Assembly (NCBI GenBank): GCA_046290465.1
Contig: JBKAGP010000001.1
Location: 2,880,001 to 2,944,000, forward strand
Origin: Planctomycetota bacterium
GTDB taxonomy: Bacteria > Planctomycetota > UBA1135 > UBA2386
Length of the DNA: 64,000 nucleotides
Direction of reading: 5' to 3'
Of this stretch, positions 17,680 to 29,731 are shown in pieces; position 1 is the first letter of the stretch; each line of letters opens with the position of its first letter. The notes under the pieces are model-generated. The model did no database searches. It worked only from the letters and a program-made list of their open reading frames with translations, and was not told the origin of the DNA. The position numbers and the translations under genes were made by a program.

Positions 17680-19329
17680 CTACTTGCCCGGATCGGCGTT
17701 CTCGCCCTCTTCGGCCTTCGGCTTGACCAGGTCTGCGCGCTTCGGCTTGAGCTTGTCGAACAGCTCCTTGTCGATCACGTAGTACCACGGGCCGAACCGG
17801 CGGGTCAGCTTGTCGGCCTCCTCCTGGCCGGCCTCGACCTTGCCGTCGTAGGTCTGCCACTCGGACGCCGCCGTGTCGAGCGTGTCCTCGAACGCGAGCG
17901 CCGCGCTGCTGACGTCCTTGCCCTCGGCGCTGCCGCCGGCGGCGCCGTCCTTGGCGTAGCTGAGCACGACGTAGGTCTCGCCCTCCTTCTTGTACTGGAA
18001 CTCGTTGCCCCACGGATCGGGACCGACCGACTTCAAGAACGGCTCGCCCTCCTCGCGCGGCGCGACCAGCTCCTCGAAGTTCTCGGGGAGGCGCTCGTTG
18101 GCCGCCTGGAAGGCGTCGATGGCCTTGACCATCGCCTCGATCGTCGAACGCGCGAGGCGCCGCTTGTCGAGCTCGGCCTGCTCGAGGCGCGGGCCGGCCG
18201 GCTGCTCGATCAGGTCGGCCACGAACTCGGCCGTCACCATCAGGTAGCGGTTGTTGGCGGCCGGCTTCTCCTCGCCTTCCTTCGCCTCCTGCGCGCCGAT
18301 GCCCGCGGTCACCTCGTCGCCCTCGCCGTAGACGAGTTCGCCGAAGCGCAGCGTGTAGCGCACCCCGCTCTTGGTCTCGAAGATCAGGTCGCCCTCGTTG
18401 CTGACCAGCTTGCCGCCGGCCAGGAAGTAACCCTTGGCCTGCAGCTGCTGGCGCAGGATCTGCGCCTCGAAGCCGTTGGCGCGCTCGAGCCGCGCGGTCA
18501 GCCCCTCGGGCTTGGGCCGCACGCCGACGATCTTGATCTGGCCGAGCGTGTTGCCGATCTCGGTCGCCTTCTCGACGTTGGTCTCCTCCTTGGCCTCGTC
18601 GAGCCCCGCGAGCGCGAACTTGTTGTCCTCACCCTTGGCGAGGACCAGCTTGTCGCCGCGCACGATCTGGCCCTTCTGCTCGTCGACCGAGTAGTTGTCG
18701 AAGACGATCTTGTCGATGTTCCAGGCCTTGGCCTGCAGCAGATCGGTCTCGATCCAGTCGGCGAACTGCGTCGACAGCGAGCCTTCCAGCTTGGTCTTGT
18801 AGATGCGCTTCTTGTCGGGGAGGCGGCAGTAGAACATAGAGGCCTTGCCCTCGACCTCCTTGCCGACGATCAGGTCGGCGAGCACGTTACCGGCCTTGTC
18901 CTTGAGCTTGATGCGCTTGCCGCGGCCCTCGGTCTCGACGCCCTCGGCGAGCGGGTCGATCAGGCCGAACTGCGCGTGGTCGCCCTTGGTGTCGCCGACC
19001 ACCGCGTCCTTCTTGAGGCCGATCAGCATCGCGGCGGCCTTGCCCATCTGGTCCTTCGCGTCGGCGGGGTAGTTGCCGTGCGAGGGGATGCGCCAGACGC
19101 CCTTGTCGTCGCGCTTGACGGCGAACGCGTAGATGTCGCTCGACGACTCGCGGAACGCGGTCACCTCGAGCTCGTTGATGACGTCGCCATCGGTGAACTC
19201 GGGGAAGAACACCTGGCCCTGGTCATCGAAGAGGTCGAGGCGGACCTCGCCGGGCTTCATCGAGATGGCGAGCACGGTCAGCGCCGCAGCGGCGCCGAGC
19301 GCGATTCCGGTCTTGGCGAACTCGTTCAT
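17680..19329 (-). CDS. DUF4340 domain protein with inserted GspG-like domain
   Basis: N-terminal TM anchor, W.IPSHGNYPAD motif, adjacent to GldG-type ABC genes; internal DPWGN.FQY...SYAKDG..GG..EGKDV. Confidence 0.8.
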   Translation of the reverse strand: MNEFAKTGIALGAAAALTVLAISMKPGEVRLDLFDDQGQVFFPEFTDGDVINELEVTAFRESSSDIYAFAVKRDDKGVWRIPSHGNYPADAKDQMGKAAAMLIGLKKDAVVGDTKGDHAQFGLIDPLAEGVETEGRGKRIKLKDKAGNVLADLIVGKEVEGKASMFYCRLPDKKRIYKTKLEGSLSTQFADWIETDLLQAKAWNIDKIVFDNYSVDEQKGQIVRGDKLVLAKGEDNKFALAGLDEAKEETNVEKATEIGNTLGQIKIVGVRPKPEGLTARLERANGFEAQILRQQLQAKGYFLAGGKLVSNEGDLIFETKSGVRYTLRFGELVYGEGDEVTAGIGAQEAKEGEEKPAANNRYLMVTAEFVADLIEQPAGPRLEQAELDKRRLARSTIEAMVKAIDAFQAANERLPENFEELVAPREEGEPFLKSVGPDPWGNEFQYKKEGETYVVLSYAKDGAAGGSAEGKDVSSAALAFEDTLDTAASEWQTYDGKVEAGQEEADKLTRRFGPWYYVIDKELFDKLKPKRADLVKPKAEEGENADPGK

Positions 19330-21974
19330 CAGTTGGATCCTCCGACCAGGCGGTTGTCCGGGACGATCGACGACGCACGCATCGTGCGACGCAGGTAGGT
19401 CAACAGGCCGAGCAGGATGCCCGGCACCGCGGCGAGCAGCATCGTGATCAGCCGGTAGCGATCGTGGATGCCGGTGCGCGCCGCGTCGCGATCGTGCTGC
19501 GCCTCCTCGAGGCGGCGCTTCTTGCGGTCCTCGATCTGCGCCTTCTCCAGCTCGAACTTGCGGTTCTCGTTCTGCTGGACCTCGACGATCTTGACCTCCT
19601 TGGCCTGCTGGTCGAGGTTCTGGTCCTCACGGATCTTCGCGACCGCGTCGTCGAGACGCTGCTGCGCCTTGTCGAGCGATTCCTTGGCAGCCTCTTCGGC
19701 CGCCTCCTTCTCCTTCTGCCACTCGTCCTCGAACTCGCGCTGCGCATCCTCGACGGCGGTCAGCTTGCGCAGGATCGGGCGGCGCTTGCGCAGCTCGATC
19801 AGGCTCTCGTCGCCGACCAGCGTGTCGATGCAGTTGAGCGCGAAGGTCACGTTGTCGAAGCGCACGTTGGGGTCGAGCACCTGGCTGCGCAGCTGGAAGA
19901 ACTGGTTGCCGATCATGTCGAGGTCGGCGACGTAGATCAGGTCCAGCCCCTTGCTCTGGCCCTCGGCCGGCTTGCCCTCGATGCGGGCGGCCAGGGTCAG
20001 GTCGTCGTTCTTGCGCTCACGGCGCGCGTACGGGTTGAGCTGCGGGCCGCCGAAGAAGCTCTGCTGGAACAGCTCGCTCTTCTTGACGATGCCGTTGGTC
20101 TCCTTGGTCGTCGCCGGGCCGCGCGACTGCAGCAGCGGCGTGAACGTCACGCCATCCTTGCCGGCCGACTCGACGTAGCCGCCGAACATCGACACGACGC
20201 TCTGCAGGCCGCTGGTGATCGGGCTGTCCGTCGCCATGCCGGCGTCGCGCACGAACACGATCTCCTGGTTGATGCGGCCGCCGGGGAACGTGCGGTAGCT
20301 CAGGTCCCAGACGATCTCACCGACCGGCGCGTTGACGCCGATCTGCGACAGGAAGCCGTTCCAGTTGCCCTTCGGCGGGCCGCCGCCACCCATCATGCGG
20401 GCCTGCGGGCCACCCTTGGGGTCGTCCGCCGCGGTGCCCGGCGCGCCGATCGGCTGCGGGTCCTCGAACAGGATCGTCGGGTTGCCGGCGAGGATCCACG
20501 CCTGCAGGCGGTCCATCGGCTCCTGCTCCAGCGAGCTGGCCTGCGGCACGATCAGGCAGTCGAGGCCGTCCGGGTAGTCCGTGGCCGGGTCGACGTTCTC
20601 GATGTCGTATTGCTGCTCGAGCTCCTGCGCGATCGCCCAGCGCGGCTTCTGCGCGAAGGTCTGCATGTCGAAGCCGCCGAACAGCTCGACGTCGGTCTTG
20701 AGGATGCCGACCGTCTTGCGGCCGGCGTTGCTGACCGTGCGGATGCTGCGCATCAGCTCGTACTCGAGCGGCACGGCCGGCCCGACGAACGGCGTCACCA
20801 CCTCGTTGGTGCCGCACTGCACCGCGAAGCCGAGATACATCTGCAGGTCGGCCATGCCGCCGCCCGGCATCGGCACGGTGACCTGCTGCGAGCGGATGCC
20901 GAACTCGCTCTCGGCCTGGCGGGCCTCCGGCGAATAGGGCTCGGGGATGATGACCTGCTTCTCGACGGCGGCGCCGCCGATCGCGTCGAACTGGTCCAGC
21001 AGGTTGAGCAGCAGCTTCTTCTGCTGCACGAAGCCCTCGGGCACCTGCTCGCTTACGTAGGCGGTGATGTAGACCGGCTTGTCGCGGTCGAGGTCGGCGA
21101 GCAGCGTGGTGGTCTCGTCGCCGAGCGAGTGGATGCCTTCGACGGTCACGTCGACGCGCGGCAGCGCCTGCACGCCGAGGATCGTCGCGGCGAAGGCGAT
21201 CACCGCGAGGCTCGCGAACCGCAGGCCGCTGTGCACGCCCTGCACGCCTTCGGTCCACTGGCGACGGCCGAGCAGCGCCAGGCCGAGGTAGAAGAACGCG
21301 ACCGTCACACCGAGGAACAGCACGAAGCCCGAGAACGGCAGCTCCCCGCCGGCGAACAGCGCGAACTGGCCGGTCGGGCCGTTGACCTCCCAACTCGGGA
21401 AGCCGAGCCAGCCGGCGACCTTGCCGAAGTAGACGACCGTGGCGCTGAGCAGCACCGAGACGATCAGCGCGACCGTGCCGTTCTGCGTCAGCTGCGAGCC
21501 CACCATCGAGATCGCCACCAGCATCACACCGAACAGCCAGAAGCCGACGTAGTTGGCGAACAGCTGGCCCATGTCCGGGTTGCCGAGCAGCATCAGCGCG
21601 ATCGGCATCACCAGCGTGAACAGCAGCGACACGGTGTAGACCGAGACCGCCGACAGGAACTTGCCGAGCTGCAGGTCGAGGTCGGTGCCGGGCAGCGTGA
21701 ACAGCAGTTCGTGCGTGCCGTTGGCGCGTTCGCTCGCCCAGATGTTCATCGTCGAGGCCGACACGAACAGGATCGCCAGCAGCGGGAAGCCGTAGGCATC
21801 GTTGAGCACGTCCAGGTTCGCGAGGTTGTCGCGGAAGAACGCGCCGCTGTCCCAGAACATCAGCCAGCCGCAGCAGGCCAGCACGAACAGGATGATGAAG
21901 ACGTAGCCGGTCGGGTTGCCGAACCAGCTCTTCAGGTCGCGCATCCAGATGGCGCGCACGATGTTGAGGTTCAT
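19329..21974 (-). CDS. GldF/GldG-like fused ABC permease plus auxiliary domain
   Basis: RDLKSWFGNPTGYV, ERANGTHELLFTLP, HSLG..T..LL, LEYELMRSI, C-terminal coiled coil and TM. Confidence 0.88.
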   Translation of the reverse strand: MNLNIVRAIWMRDLKSWFGNPTGYVFIILFVLACCGWLMFWDSGAFFRDNLANLDVLNDAYGFPLLAILFVSASTMNIWASERANGTHELLFTLPGTDLDLQLGKFLSAVSVYTVSLLFTLVMPIALMLLGNPDMGQLFANYVGFWLFGVMLVAISMVGSQLTQNGTVALIVSVLLSATVVYFGKVAGWLGFPSWEVNGPTGQFALFAGGELPFSGFVLFLGVTVAFFYLGLALLGRRQWTEGVQGVHSGLRFASLAVIAFAATILGVQALPRVDVTVEGIHSLGDETTTLLADLDRDKPVYITAYVSEQVPEGFVQQKKLLLNLLDQFDAIGGAAVEKQVIIPEPYSPEARQAESEFGIRSQQVTVPMPGGGMADLQMYLGFAVQCGTNEVVTPFVGPAVPLEYELMRSIRTVSNAGRKTVGILKTDVELFGGFDMQTFAQKPRWAIAQELEQQYDIENVDPATDYPDGLDCLIVPQASSLEQEPMDRLQAWILAGNPTILFEDPQPIGAPGTAADDPKGGPQARMMGGGGPPKGNWNGFLSQIGVNAPVGEIVWDLSYRTFPGGRINQEIVFVRDAGMATDSPITSGLQSVVSMFGGYVESAGKDGVTFTPLLQSRGPATTKETNGIVKKSELFQQSFFGGPQLNPYARRERKNDDLTLAARIEGKPAEGQSKGLDLIYVADLDMIGNQFFQLRSQVLDPNVRFDNVTFALNCIDTLVGDESLIELRKRRPILRKLTAVEDAQREFEDEWQKEKEAAEEAAKESLDKAQQRLDDAVAKIREDQNLDQQAKEVKIVEVQQNENRKFELEKAQIEDRKKRRLEEAQHDRDAARTGIHDRYRLITMLLAAVPGILLGLLTYLRRTMRASSIVPDNRLVGGSN

Positions 21975-21986
21975 GGTCGGCGTCTC

Positions 21987-22715
21987 CTAGCTGTGGGTGG
22001 TCAGCGCGTGGAAGGCCTGGTCCATCTGGCCAGCGCCCTTCGACTTGAACTCCGCCGGCGCGCCGTCGAACGCGAGCCGGCCGTCGTTGACCAGCATGAC
22101 GCGCCCGGCCATCGCCTCGACCTCCTGGAAGAGGTGCGTCGACAGCAGGATCGTGCGCGTCTCGCCGAGCTTCTTGACCAGCTCGCGCACGTGGCGGATC
22201 TGGTTGGGGTCGAGGCCCGTGGTCGGCTCGTCGAGGATCAGCACCTCCGGGTCGTGCAGCAGCACCTGCGCCATGCCGACGCGCTGCTTCTGGCCCTTCG
22301 AGCACTTGCCGATCGGCTTGTCGAGCAGCTCGCGCAGGTCACACTCCTCGGTCACGTAGTCGAGGCGCTCCTTGAAGCGACCGCCGAGGCCGCGCGCATC
22401 GCCGAAGAACTTCAGCAGCTCGCGCGCCGTCATCTCGGGGTAGAGCGGGCCGTTCTCGGGCAGGTAGCCGAGCTTCTGCGCCGCCTGGACGCGGTTCTCG
22501 GAGACGTCGATGCCGCACAGCCTGGCCTGCCCCGAGGTCGGGGCGAGGTAGCCGGTGAGCACCTTCATGGTCGTGGACTTGCCGGCGCCGTTGGGACCCA
22601 GGAACGCGACGACTTCGCCGCGCCGGATCGTGAACGACAGGTGATCGATGGCAGCAAACGACCCGTAGTACTTGCACAGGTCGACAGCCTCGATCATCGG
22701 TTCTGCTTCGGTCAT
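21987..22715 (-). CDS. ABC transporter ATP-binding protein (GldA-like)
   Basis: GPNGAGKST, SKGQKQR, ILDEPT, STH. Confidence 0.93.
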   Translation of the reverse strand: MTEAEPMIEAVDLCKYYGSFAAIDHLSFTIRRGEVVAFLGPNGAGKSTTMKVLTGYLAPTSGQARLCGIDVSENRVQAAQKLGYLPENGPLYPEMTARELLKFFGDARGLGGRFKERLDYVTEECDLRELLDKPIGKCSKGQKQRVGMAQVLLHDPEVLILDEPTTGLDPNQIRHVRELVKKLGETRTILLSTHLFQEVEAMAGRVMLVNDGRLAFDGAPAEFKSKGAGQMDQAFHALTTHS

Positions 22716-23121
22716 GAGATCGATATCAGAAGGGTCGTGAGCGGACATGGGCGGGCGCGACGCGTCAGCTCTCGCAACACATCGCCCCACCGATTTCGGG
22801 GCAAAAGGCTTAGCGGTCCCGTCCAGGCCATGCAACCGTCGGACGGTCCGGGCTTCGAACTGCCGGGGCAGCTCGATGCATGCGAAGCGCCGACGAACGC
22901 CCCACCCGCCCCGAAACTCCCGACAATCCCTCAGTCCGAAACCCTGGTCGGTCCGCCGCCCTGGTCCGTTCCGTAACTCTGGTTCCGCGCAACTCTGGTT
23001 CCGGGACCAGACCTTCCCGACCACCGGCCCCGCGCCAGATGGCCTGGTCCCGGGGGCGCCCCCTGCGCCCCCGCCCCGGTCCGCAAGGTCCGGCCAGGCT
23101 CCACTCGGCTCGTGCGGCCGT

Positions 23122-23763
23122 TCAGCGGCAGCGGAAGCCGTAGCCCCAGCCAGCGCCCCAGCCGTAGCCCCAGCCCCAGCCCGGTCCCCAGAAGCCGCCG
23201 CCCCAGAACGGGTCGTTCCAGTAGCGATCGCGGTAGCGGCCCCGCAGCTGCTGCGCCGGCGCAAACGGCGTCACCTGGCCGACCGCACCAACCCCGTCGC
23301 GCACCGCGAACCGCACGTCGAACGAGTCGACGTCACTCGGGTAGGTGGTCGGCGGCCGGAACACCAGGTCGACGCGCGTGGTCGTGCCCGGCTCGGCGCG
23401 CGGCCGCCCGGCGACCGCCTGGGGCAGCAGCGGATCCTTCAGGTAGCCGTCGACGAACAGCTCCTCGACCCGGATCGAGTCGACGTCCAGTTCGAGCGGC
23501 ACCTCGCCGTTGTTCTCGACCTCGAACGCAACGTGCAGGTCGACCACCTCCTGGTCGTCGTCGGTGAAGCGCGCCTGCGCGCCGTCGGACCAGATCCGCA
23601 CCTCCCCGCGCGTGCGCGCGTCCTCGTCCCGTTCGACCTGGTAGACCGCAGCGCCGCGCCCCTCGGGGCTGGTGCCGGTCAGGTTCTCGCGAGGAGCGAA
23701 GTAGCGCGGCTGCCAGCAGCCGGCCGTCAACGCCAGGAGAGGAAGCCAGAGGAGACCTCGCAT
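23122..23763 (-). CDS. Lipoprotein with Gly/Trp-rich C-terminal tail
   Basis: Lipobox LTAG-C; tail WGGGFWGPGWGWGYGWGAGWGYGF. Confidence 0.75.
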   Translation of the reverse strand: MRGLLWLPLLALTAGCWQPRYFAPRENLTGTSPEGRGAAVYQVERDEDARTRGEVRIWSDGAQARFTDDDQEVVDLHVAFEVENNGEVPLELDVDSIRVEELFVDGYLKDPLLPQAVAGRPRAEPGTTTRVDLVFRPPTTYPSDVDSFDVRFAVRDGVGAVGQVTPFAPAQQLRGRYRDRYWNDPFWGGGFWGPGWGWGYGWGAGWGYGFRCR

Positions 23764-23994
23764 GCTGGGGGCATAGCCTACCGCATCCGCGAAACAACCT
23801 GCGCCTGCGACCGGACCAGTCGCACCTGACCGCCACGCGGCCCGACGCCCGCCCGCGCCCCCACCCGCTGCGAACGCCCGCTCGTAGCCCGAATGCGCAG
23901 GAACGTGGCGCCACCAGCGCATGGCCTCGCCAACGTGTCCGCAATCGCCGCATTGGGTGAAAACGCACGCCGACGCGCGGCTTCGGAAGGAACG

Positions 23995-24900
23995 ATGACC
24001 AGCCACCCCCTCCTCTCCCGTTCGCTTCCGATGCTGTTCGCCGTCGCCATTGCGGGCGCGGCGGTCGCACAGGAGGCGAGCCAGCAGCAAAGCGGCTTCC
24101 TCACCGGCCTGCGCGGCTTCGAGAACTTCCACGAGCCGCTCGGCCAGCCCCTCTACTTCGAGTCGCCGTTCAACGACACCGGCGTGCGCGCCCTCTACCT
24201 GCGCCACGACTTCTCCGACAACTCGCCGCTGATGGGCGGCGACGTGACGATCTACGCGGTGCAGGCGCGCGTCGCGCTGTCCGAGCGCTGGCAGTTCCTC
24301 GCCACCAAGGACGGCTACTCCGAGCTGTCGACCGGCCTGCTCGGCGACGACGAAGGCTGGAACGACCTCGCGTTCGGCATCAAGTACGTGCTGCACGCCG
24401 ACGAGCAGCAGGACTGCGTCGTGTCGACCGGCATCCGCTACATGGCCGAGAACGGCCACCGCGGCATCCTGCAGGGCGGCGTCGACGAGTGGAGTCCGTT
24501 CGTCAGCATGGCCAAGGGCTACGGCGACTTCCACGTCCTGTCCAACGTGACGCTGCGCGTGCCGAGCGACACCAACGACGGCAACGTCGTCGGCCACTGG
24601 GACGTGCACCTCGACTACAGCGTCAACCCCGACAGCCAGGCCGTGTTCGCGCCGCTGTTCGAGATCCACGGCGTGCACTACCTCGACGACGGCGCCACCG
24701 CGCTGCCGATCGGCGGCCTCGACTACGCCAACCTCGGCACCCAGCCGGCCGAGAACTTCGTCGCCTGGGCCGGCATCGGCGCGCGCCTCGAGATCGGCCA
24801 CCAGTTCGAGATCGGCGCCTGCTACGAGTTCGCCCTGACGGATCCGGACGACGACATCATGGACAGCCGGATCACCGTCGACTTCATCGCCCGCTGGTAG
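23995..24900 (+). CDS. Putative outer-membrane beta-barrel protein
   Basis: Signal peptide, amphipathic strands, C-terminal ITVDFIARW. Confidence 0.7.
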   Translation: MTSHPLLSRSLPMLFAVAIAGAAVAQEASQQQSGFLTGLRGFENFHEPLGQPLYFESPFNDTGVRALYLRHDFSDNSPLMGGDVTIYAVQARVALSERWQFLATKDGYSELSTGLLGDDEGWNDLAFGIKYVLHADEQQDCVVSTGIRYMAENGHRGILQGGVDEWSPFVSMAKGYGDFHVLSNVTLRVPSDTNDGNVVGHWDVHLDYSVNPDSQAVFAPLFEIHGVHYLDDGATALPIGGLDYANLGTQPAENFVAWAGIGARLEIGHQFEIGACYEFALTDPDDDIMDSRITVDFIARW

Positions 24901-24961
24901 GGTTCGCGGTTCGGCGGCGCCCCCCGCATCCGGGCCGCCGCCGCCGGCGAACAGCCTGCCC

Positions 24962-25480
24962 GTGAAGACGTGGCGCCTGCAATCGAGCCTCTGGGTCCCG
25001 CACACCCCCGAGCAGGTGTTTCCGTTCTTCGCGGACGCACAGAATCTCGAACTGCTGACGCCACCGTGGCTTTCGTTCAAGATCCTGACGCCGATGCCGA
25101 TCCACATGCACGTCGGTCAGCTGATCGACTACCGGATCACGCTGCGCGGCCTGCCGATGCGCTGGCGCACGCGCATCGCCCGCTGGGAGCCGGACCACGC
25201 GTTTGCCGACGAGCAGCTGCTGGGCCCCTACCGGGTCTGGCACCACACCCACACGTTCACGCCGCAGGACGGCGGCACGGTCCTCGGCGACGACGTGGTG
25301 ATGCGGCCACGCGGCGGCCCGCTGGCGCCGTTCGTGATGAAGTTCGTGCGCGGCGACGTCGAACGCATCTTCGAATTCCGGGCCCGGGTGATGGCGGCGC
25401 GCTTCGGCGGCAGCGAGGACCGCGCCAGCGTGCGCTGGGTCGACGACCAGCCGGTCAGCGTCCCAGCCGGTGCACGGTGA
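24962..25480 (+). CDS. SRPBCC family protein
   Basis: VFPFFADAQNLE.LTPPWL, F.DEQ..GPYR.W.HTH.F. Confidence 0.88.
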   Translation: MKTWRLQSSLWVPHTPEQVFPFFADAQNLELLTPPWLSFKILTPMPIHMHVGQLIDYRITLRGLPMRWRTRIARWEPDHAFADEQLLGPYRVWHHTHTFTPQDGGTVLGDDVVMRPRGGPLAPFVMKFVRGDVERIFEFRARVMAARFGGSEDRASVRWVDDQPVSVPAGAR

Positions 25481-27146
25481 CGGGCATGCGCCCGCCGACG
25501 CGCTCGACGACCTGGCTCGCATAGCGCTGCAGCACCTCGCGCGGCGCGCCGAACGCCGGCGCCATGGCGCGATCGATCGGCGTCTCGATCAGGTAGATCG
25601 CGCCCAGGTCGCCCTGGCGCTGCAGCTGCGCGATCCGTCGGCCGAGCCGCTGGAAGGTGCGCACCGACACCGCGGCGTGACCCTTGACGATCAGGTGCTG
25701 CGCCGGCGCGCCGACCCACAGCGTGGTCGCGCGGTCGCCGGGCAGACGCGCGACGGCGCCGTCGAGCGCGCCGGTCAGCGACGCCATCTCGAGGGTCGGG
25801 AACGCGCGGCCGTCGACCAGCTGCCACAGCCGCAGCGGCGCGAGCACGGCGGCGAGCGCCAGCACGACCGCCGCGCCGCGCCGCGGCAGCTGCGGCACCA
25901 GCGCCAGCGGCGCCAGCGCCACCAGCCAGACGAATGGCAGGAACAGGCGCATCGCGGTGGGGTCGGCGGCATCGCCGTAGAACCACGCCAGCACCAGCAG
26001 CGTGATCGCCAGCGCCGGCGCCGCGACCAGCAGGTCGACGCGGGACGTTCGGCCGCTGGCGACGCGCCAGCCGAACGCCAGCACGCCGACGATCGCGACC
26101 GCGCCGGGCAGCGGGTTGCGCAGCGACGGCGCGAACATCTCGGTGAAGAACGCGCCGGTGTGCTCGACCAGGTTGCCCAACGAGACCAGCGTGCGACCGG
26201 CCGCTTCGGGCGTGAAGTGAGGATCCTGCGCGTGCTGCACCAGGAAGAACAGCGGCGTCACCAGCGTCGGGATCGCCGCCAGCAGCCACCAGCAGCGCGC
26301 CGTCGGCGCGAACCGACGCCGCACCGCCAGCCACACCAGGCCGCCGAGCAGCGCCATCGCCGGCAGCGACTCGTAGCGGGCCTGCGCGAACAGCGCGCTG
26401 CAGCCGAGCAGGGCCGCGAAGCGCGGCTCGTCCGGACGTTCGACGAACGCGAGCGCCGCGATCGTCGTCAGCAGCAGCAGCACGGTGGCGAGCAGTTCGA
26501 ACCCCGCCGACGTCGCGACCACGCCGGTCAGCGGCACGGCCAGCAGCAGCAGCGGCGCGGCGAGTCCGGCGAGCAGGCCCAGCCGCCGCCGCACCGCGAC
26601 GAACGCCGCGAACAGCCCGACCAGCAGCAGCGCCTGGTTGACGAAGAACGCGTTGGCCAGCCGGTAGCCCGCGACGTCGTGCACGAGGCTGCACGCGAAC
26701 GCGAACAGCGTCGGCCGCTTGTCGACCATGTTCTCGAGCGGGAACGGCCGCCCCTCGAACGGGATCGCGCCGGTCGTCATCACCGCGTGCCGCTGCAGGT
26801 GCATGTTCTGGCTGACGCCGACCAGGCTGGTCTCGTCGAACTGCACGCGCATCTGCGGCGGCGACAGCAGGACGACGACGACGACCGCGACGATCGCCAG
26901 CACCAGCCCCGGCCACCACGCCCGCGCCGTCTCGCGCAGCGACGCCTCCCGCGCCCGCCACCGCCACCAGAAGCACAGCGCCGCGAATGCGCAGGTCAGC
27001 GGCATCCACCAGTAGAGCATCCAGCCGAGCCACGCGAGGCCGCCGCCGCCGTCGGCCCACCCCCACCACCATCCCGCCAACAGCATCGGCGGCACCAGGG
27101 ACACCCCGAGCGGCAACAGCACACCGGCACCCGAACGTTCGCTCAC
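25455..27146 (-). CDS. Polytopic membrane protein (GT-C/PMT-like candidate)
   Basis: About 12 hydrophobic segments, FDE loop motif, ARYE. Confidence 0.65.
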   Translation of the reverse strand: MSERSGAGVLLPLGVSLVPPMLLAGWWWGWADGGGGLAWLGWMLYWWMPLTCAFAALCFWWRWRAREASLRETARAWWPGLVLAIVAVVVVVLLSPPQMRVQFDETSLVGVSQNMHLQRHAVMTTGAIPFEGRPFPLENMVDKRPTLFAFACSLVHDVAGYRLANAFFVNQALLLVGLFAAFVAVRRRLGLLAGLAAPLLLLAVPLTGVVATSAGFELLATVLLLLTTIAALAFVERPDEPRFAALLGCSALFAQARYESLPAMALLGGLVWLAVRRRFAPTARCWWLLAAIPTLVTPLFFLVQHAQDPHFTPEAAGRTLVSLGNLVEHTGAFFTEMFAPSLRNPLPGAVAIVGVLAFGWRVASGRTSRVDLLVAAPALAITLLVLAWFYGDAADPTAMRLFLPFVWLVALAPLALVPQLPRRGAAVVLALAAVLAPLRLWQLVDGRAFPTLEMASLTGALDGAVARLPGDRATTLWVGAPAQHLIVKGHAAVSVRTFQRLGRRIAQLQRQGDLGAIYLIETPIDRAMAPAFGAPREVLQRYASQVVERVGGRMPVTVHRLGR

Positions 27147-27311
27147 GCCCGCAGCCTAGCCCCAGCCCCCCAACACCGCGCCCCCGAACGCCGCATACCG
27201 AACCGGGTTCATCCTGCGCCACGCTGCCGCTTCGGCGGCGTGTGCGGCGTCGCAAGACCTCGGCGCGCAAGACCGACGCTCCGGGCAAACGCCAGAGGCC
27301 CGCCCTCCCCG

Positions 27312-28898
<1,587 letters not shown>

Positions 28899-28908
28899 GC
28901 GCGCATGC

Positions 28909-29055
28909 TACGAGGTTTCGTAGGCACAGCTACGAGTTCTCGTCAATCACGACATCTCGTAGCACAGGCGATTCCCAATCGGATTCGTTAAACGCATTCA
29001 ATCAACGACTTACAGGATCTGAGCCGAATCGACGCGGCATGGCACGGCACCTGCT
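28909..29055 (+). promoter_or_regulatory. Sigma54 promoter: three UAS palindromes, IHF site, -24/-12 box
   Basis: ACGA-N4-TCGT x3 (28909-28961), AATCAACGACTTA (29000-29012), TGGCACGGCACCTGCT (29040-29055). Confidence 0.85.
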
Positions 29056-29132
29056 CTACCTCCAGCACGAGCGGCCCACGTCGGGCCGCGAATCCAGAAC
29101 GAACCCAAACGACCCCTTCCGGAGACAGAACC

Positions 29133-29675
29133 ATGTCGCGCATTCCCGCCATCGATCCCGCCCAAGCCCAAGGCCAGCAGAAGGACCTGCTCGACGCCGT
29201 GCAGAAGAAGATGGGCAAGGCCCCCAACATGACCCGCGTGATGGCCAACGCCCCGGCCGTTCTCGAAAGCTACCTGCAGCTGAGCGGCGCGCTCGGCAAG
29301 GGCCAGCTCGACGCCAAGGTCCGCGAGCAGATCGCGCTGACCGTCGGCGAGATCAACCGCTGCGACTACTGCCTGAGCGCGCACACCGCCATCGGCGGCA
29401 TGGTCGGCCTCGGCTCGCACGAGATCGAGAACGCCCGTTCGGCCAAGTCCGACGACGCCAAGACCAACGCGATCCTCGACGTCGCGCGCACGCTGACCGT
29501 CAACCGCGGCTGGTTGACCGACGACGAACTGCAGAAGGCGCGCAACGCCGGCATCGGCGACGGCGAGCTGCTCGAGATCACCGCCAACGTCTCGCTGAAC
29601 ATCCTGACGAACTACGTCAACCACCTCGCCGGCACCGAGATCGACTTCCCCAAGGTGGAGCCGGCAGGCGTCTAG
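29133..29675 (+). CDS. AhpD/carboxymuconolactone decarboxylase family peroxidase-related protein
   Basis: REQIAL.VGEINRCDYCLSAH. Confidence 0.9.
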   Translation: MSRIPAIDPAQAQGQQKDLLDAVQKKMGKAPNMTRVMANAPAVLESYLQLSGALGKGQLDAKVREQIALTVGEINRCDYCLSAHTAIGGMVGLGSHEIENARSAKSDDAKTNAILDVARTLTVNRGWLTDDELQKARNAGIGDGELLEITANVSLNILTNYVNHLAGTEIDFPKVEPAGV

Positions 29676-29731
29676 CCGCCGCGCGCGCACGGACACCGAT
29701 ACCAACCAGAGAGACAGAGAGGACCCCCACC

